DNA from: Nitrosopumilus sp.
GTDB taxonomy: Archaea; Thermoproteota; Nitrososphaeria; Nitrososphaerales; Nitrosopumilaceae
Assembly: GCA_965207075.1 (NCBI GenBank)
Contig: CBDBLO010000002.1
Coordinates: 1,120,001-1,184,000, forward strand
Direction of reading: 5' to 3'
DNA length: 64,000 bases
Shown piece by piece: positions 62,730-64,000 of the stretch. Every line of letters begins with the position of its first letter. Position 1 is the first letter of the stretch. The position numbers were made by a program, and so were the translations under genes. The notes under the pieces are model-generated. The model saw only the letters and a list, made by a program, of their open reading frames with translations. It was not told the origin of the DNA and ran no database searches.

Positions 62730-63683
62730 GTGCAGAAAATTCCGGACGAAGGCGGGAGGAACCCCGGGAAGGACGGCCAGCGCAAAAAGGCCGCCGGGGG
62801 ACTCGACGCGTCCAGGCTCGCGGGTATGATCAGGCTTGAGAGGCCTGACATACACTACAAGTCGAGCGCCAGCATGGCAGAGGTGCCGGACGGCTCAGTT
62901 CACCTCGTGGTGACGTCGCCCCCGTACAACGTGGGCAAGCAGTATGGGAACGGGCACGACGACAGCATGCCGCTTGACGAGTACCTGGCGGGACTGGACG
63001 ACACGTGGCGCGAGTGCGTGCGCGTGCTGTGCGGCGGCGGCAGGCTGGCCTTGAACGTGGCCGACGCGTGGCGCTCACCCTACGTGCCGCTGCACTCGTT
63101 CATAACTCAGCGGCTGCTCGACATGGGACTGCTCATGCGCGGCGTCATATACTGGAACAAGGGCGCCGGCGCCGGCGCCTCGACGGCCTGGGGCTCGTGG
63201 CTGTCCGCCTCTAACCCGGTACTGCGCGACGTGGGCGAATACATACTGGTGTTCTCCAAGGCCTCGTACGGACTGCAGAGCCGCAACGGCATCTCCACCA
63301 TCACGTCCAGCGAGTTCACCGAGTACACGCGGTCGTTGTGGACGTTCCCCCCGGCCTCGGCCAAGAGGGAGGGGCACCCCGCGCCATTTCCTGAGGAGCT
63401 GCCGTCCCGGCTGATCAAACTGTACACGTTTCTGGGCGACACGGTGCTGGACCCGTTCATTGGTTCCGGCACGACGGCAAGGGCCGCCATGCTGTTGGGC
63501 AGGAAGTGCATAGGGTATGAGGCCAACGAGGGGTACCGTCCGCTCATAGAGAAGAAGACCGGCGGCGTGTCGGCAATCCGCATAGATCCCGACAGCTTCC
63601 GCGCCAAATCTACCGCCGGCGCCCGCGGGAAGCCCGCGCGGCTTGAAGACCTCTATCCGCCGTCAGGGGACACCAAAACCTAG
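62730..63683 (+). CDS. Site-specific DNA methyltransferase, beta class (SPPY; N4-C or N6-A)
   Basis: LVVTSPPY, RVL..GG, EYILVF, HPAPFP, VLDPFIGSGTT. Confidence 0.92.
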   Translation: MQKIPDEGGRNPGKDGQRKKAAGGLDASRLAGMIRLERPDIHYKSSASMAEVPDGSVHLVVTSPPYNVGKQYGNGHDDSMPLDEYLAGLDDTWRECVRVLCGGGRLALNVADAWRSPYVPLHSFITQRLLDMGLLMRGVIYWNKGAGAGASTAWGSWLSASNPVLRDVGEYILVFSKASYGLQSRNGISTITSSEFTEYTRSLWTFPPASAKREGHPAPFPEELPSRLIKLYTFLGDTVLDPFIGSGTTARAAMLLGRKCIGYEANEGYRPLIEKKTGGVSAIRIDPDSFRAKSTAGARGKPARLEDLYPPSGDTKT

Positions 63684-63724
63684 ACTGACGCGTGGGGGGG
63701 GGGGGCGCTAGGGAGAGCTCCTGG

Positions 63725-63892
63725 TCAGAGTCCCAGTCCGGCGTCCCTGGCGGCGTCCTCGTCACGCTGCTCCTGCATGCCCCGTTCGTACTCGGAGCGC
63801 GGCATGCCGCACCTCCTGCAGTACTGCTCGCTTCCTTGGTACGAGTCGTCCCAGTCGTGCTCGACATCCATGTCCTCGCACTTGTTGCCCAC
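63725..63892 (-). CDS. 55-aa C..HDW..CxxC microprotein
   Basis: KC...HDW...YCRRCG; TTTTAT 21 nt upstream of GTG. Confidence 0.6.
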   Translation of the reverse strand: MGNKCEDMDVEHDWDDSYQGSEQYCRRCGMPRSEYERGMQEQRDEDAARDAGLGL

Positions 63893-64000
63893 ATACGGCG
63901 TACCGCCGGACCGATAAAAGACACCCCCTAAATGCATCCGCTGGCATGCGGCGCGTGGAACATTTCATGCAGTCTGACCGGCCGCTACTGACAATCCACG

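Larger units (their letters stand above)
7790..64000. mobile_element. Large integrated mobile element (ICE-like or cryptic integrated plasmid); right end beyond window
   Basis: Abrupt switch from housekeeping genes to an integrase followed by primase-helicase, conjugation-like ATPase, RM and nuclease genes and dense small ORFs; att sites not identified. Confidence 0.8.

Noticed and set aside
63694-63705. G12 homopolymer
   Set aside because: Intergenic between convergent genes; no phase-variation target and length may be a sequencing artefact.
1-64000. tRNA/rRNA genes, IS transposases, integron attC sites
   Set aside because: None recognised by eye; tRNAscan-SE, ISEScan and IntegronFinder would be needed to exclude them formally.

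Overview
High-GC archaeal DNA. The gene content and protein sequences are most consistent with Nitrososphaerota/Thaumarchaeota (Nitrosopumilaceae- or Cenarchaeum-like); this taxonomy is an inference. Positions 1-7739 look chromosomal: 3' end of a siroheme sulfite/nitrite reductase, a rhodanese, a TPR protein, a long collagen-like protein, a 250-aa Lys/Ala tandem-repeat histone H1/AT-hook-like protein and a DRG GTPase. From ~7790 to the window end (>56 kb, right boundary not seen) is a large integrated mobile element headed by a tyrosine integrase. It encodes an XPB-like SF2 helicase, a Prim-Pol/D5-SF3 primase-helicase plus a diverged fragment of it, an SSB-like protein, parts of a conjugation-type system (VirD4/TraD-like ATPase with a C-terminal nuclease-like domain, VirB6/TrbL-like protein, pilin-like proteins), nucleases and methyltransferases (fused restriction-methylase, NucS-like, TM0106/RecB-like, Mrr-like, PIN, SPPY MTase), DUF5131 plus DUF488, and diverged housekeeping homologues (pyrD, pfkB-family kinase, serB, ThiF/MoeB E1). 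Its most striking feature is roughly 50 short Cys/His-rich zinc-finger-like proteins. Many are under 60 aa and absent from the ORF track. They occur either in a translationally coupled operon (9.1-21 kb) or as stand-alone units with a TATA box 20-23 nt before the start codon. Several operator-like repeats sit next to three ribbon-helix-helix genes and one AbrB-like gene. No tRNA, rRNA, CRISPR array, capsid, terminase, VirB4 or HUH relaxase was recognised. All family assignments are from motif recognition, not database searches.
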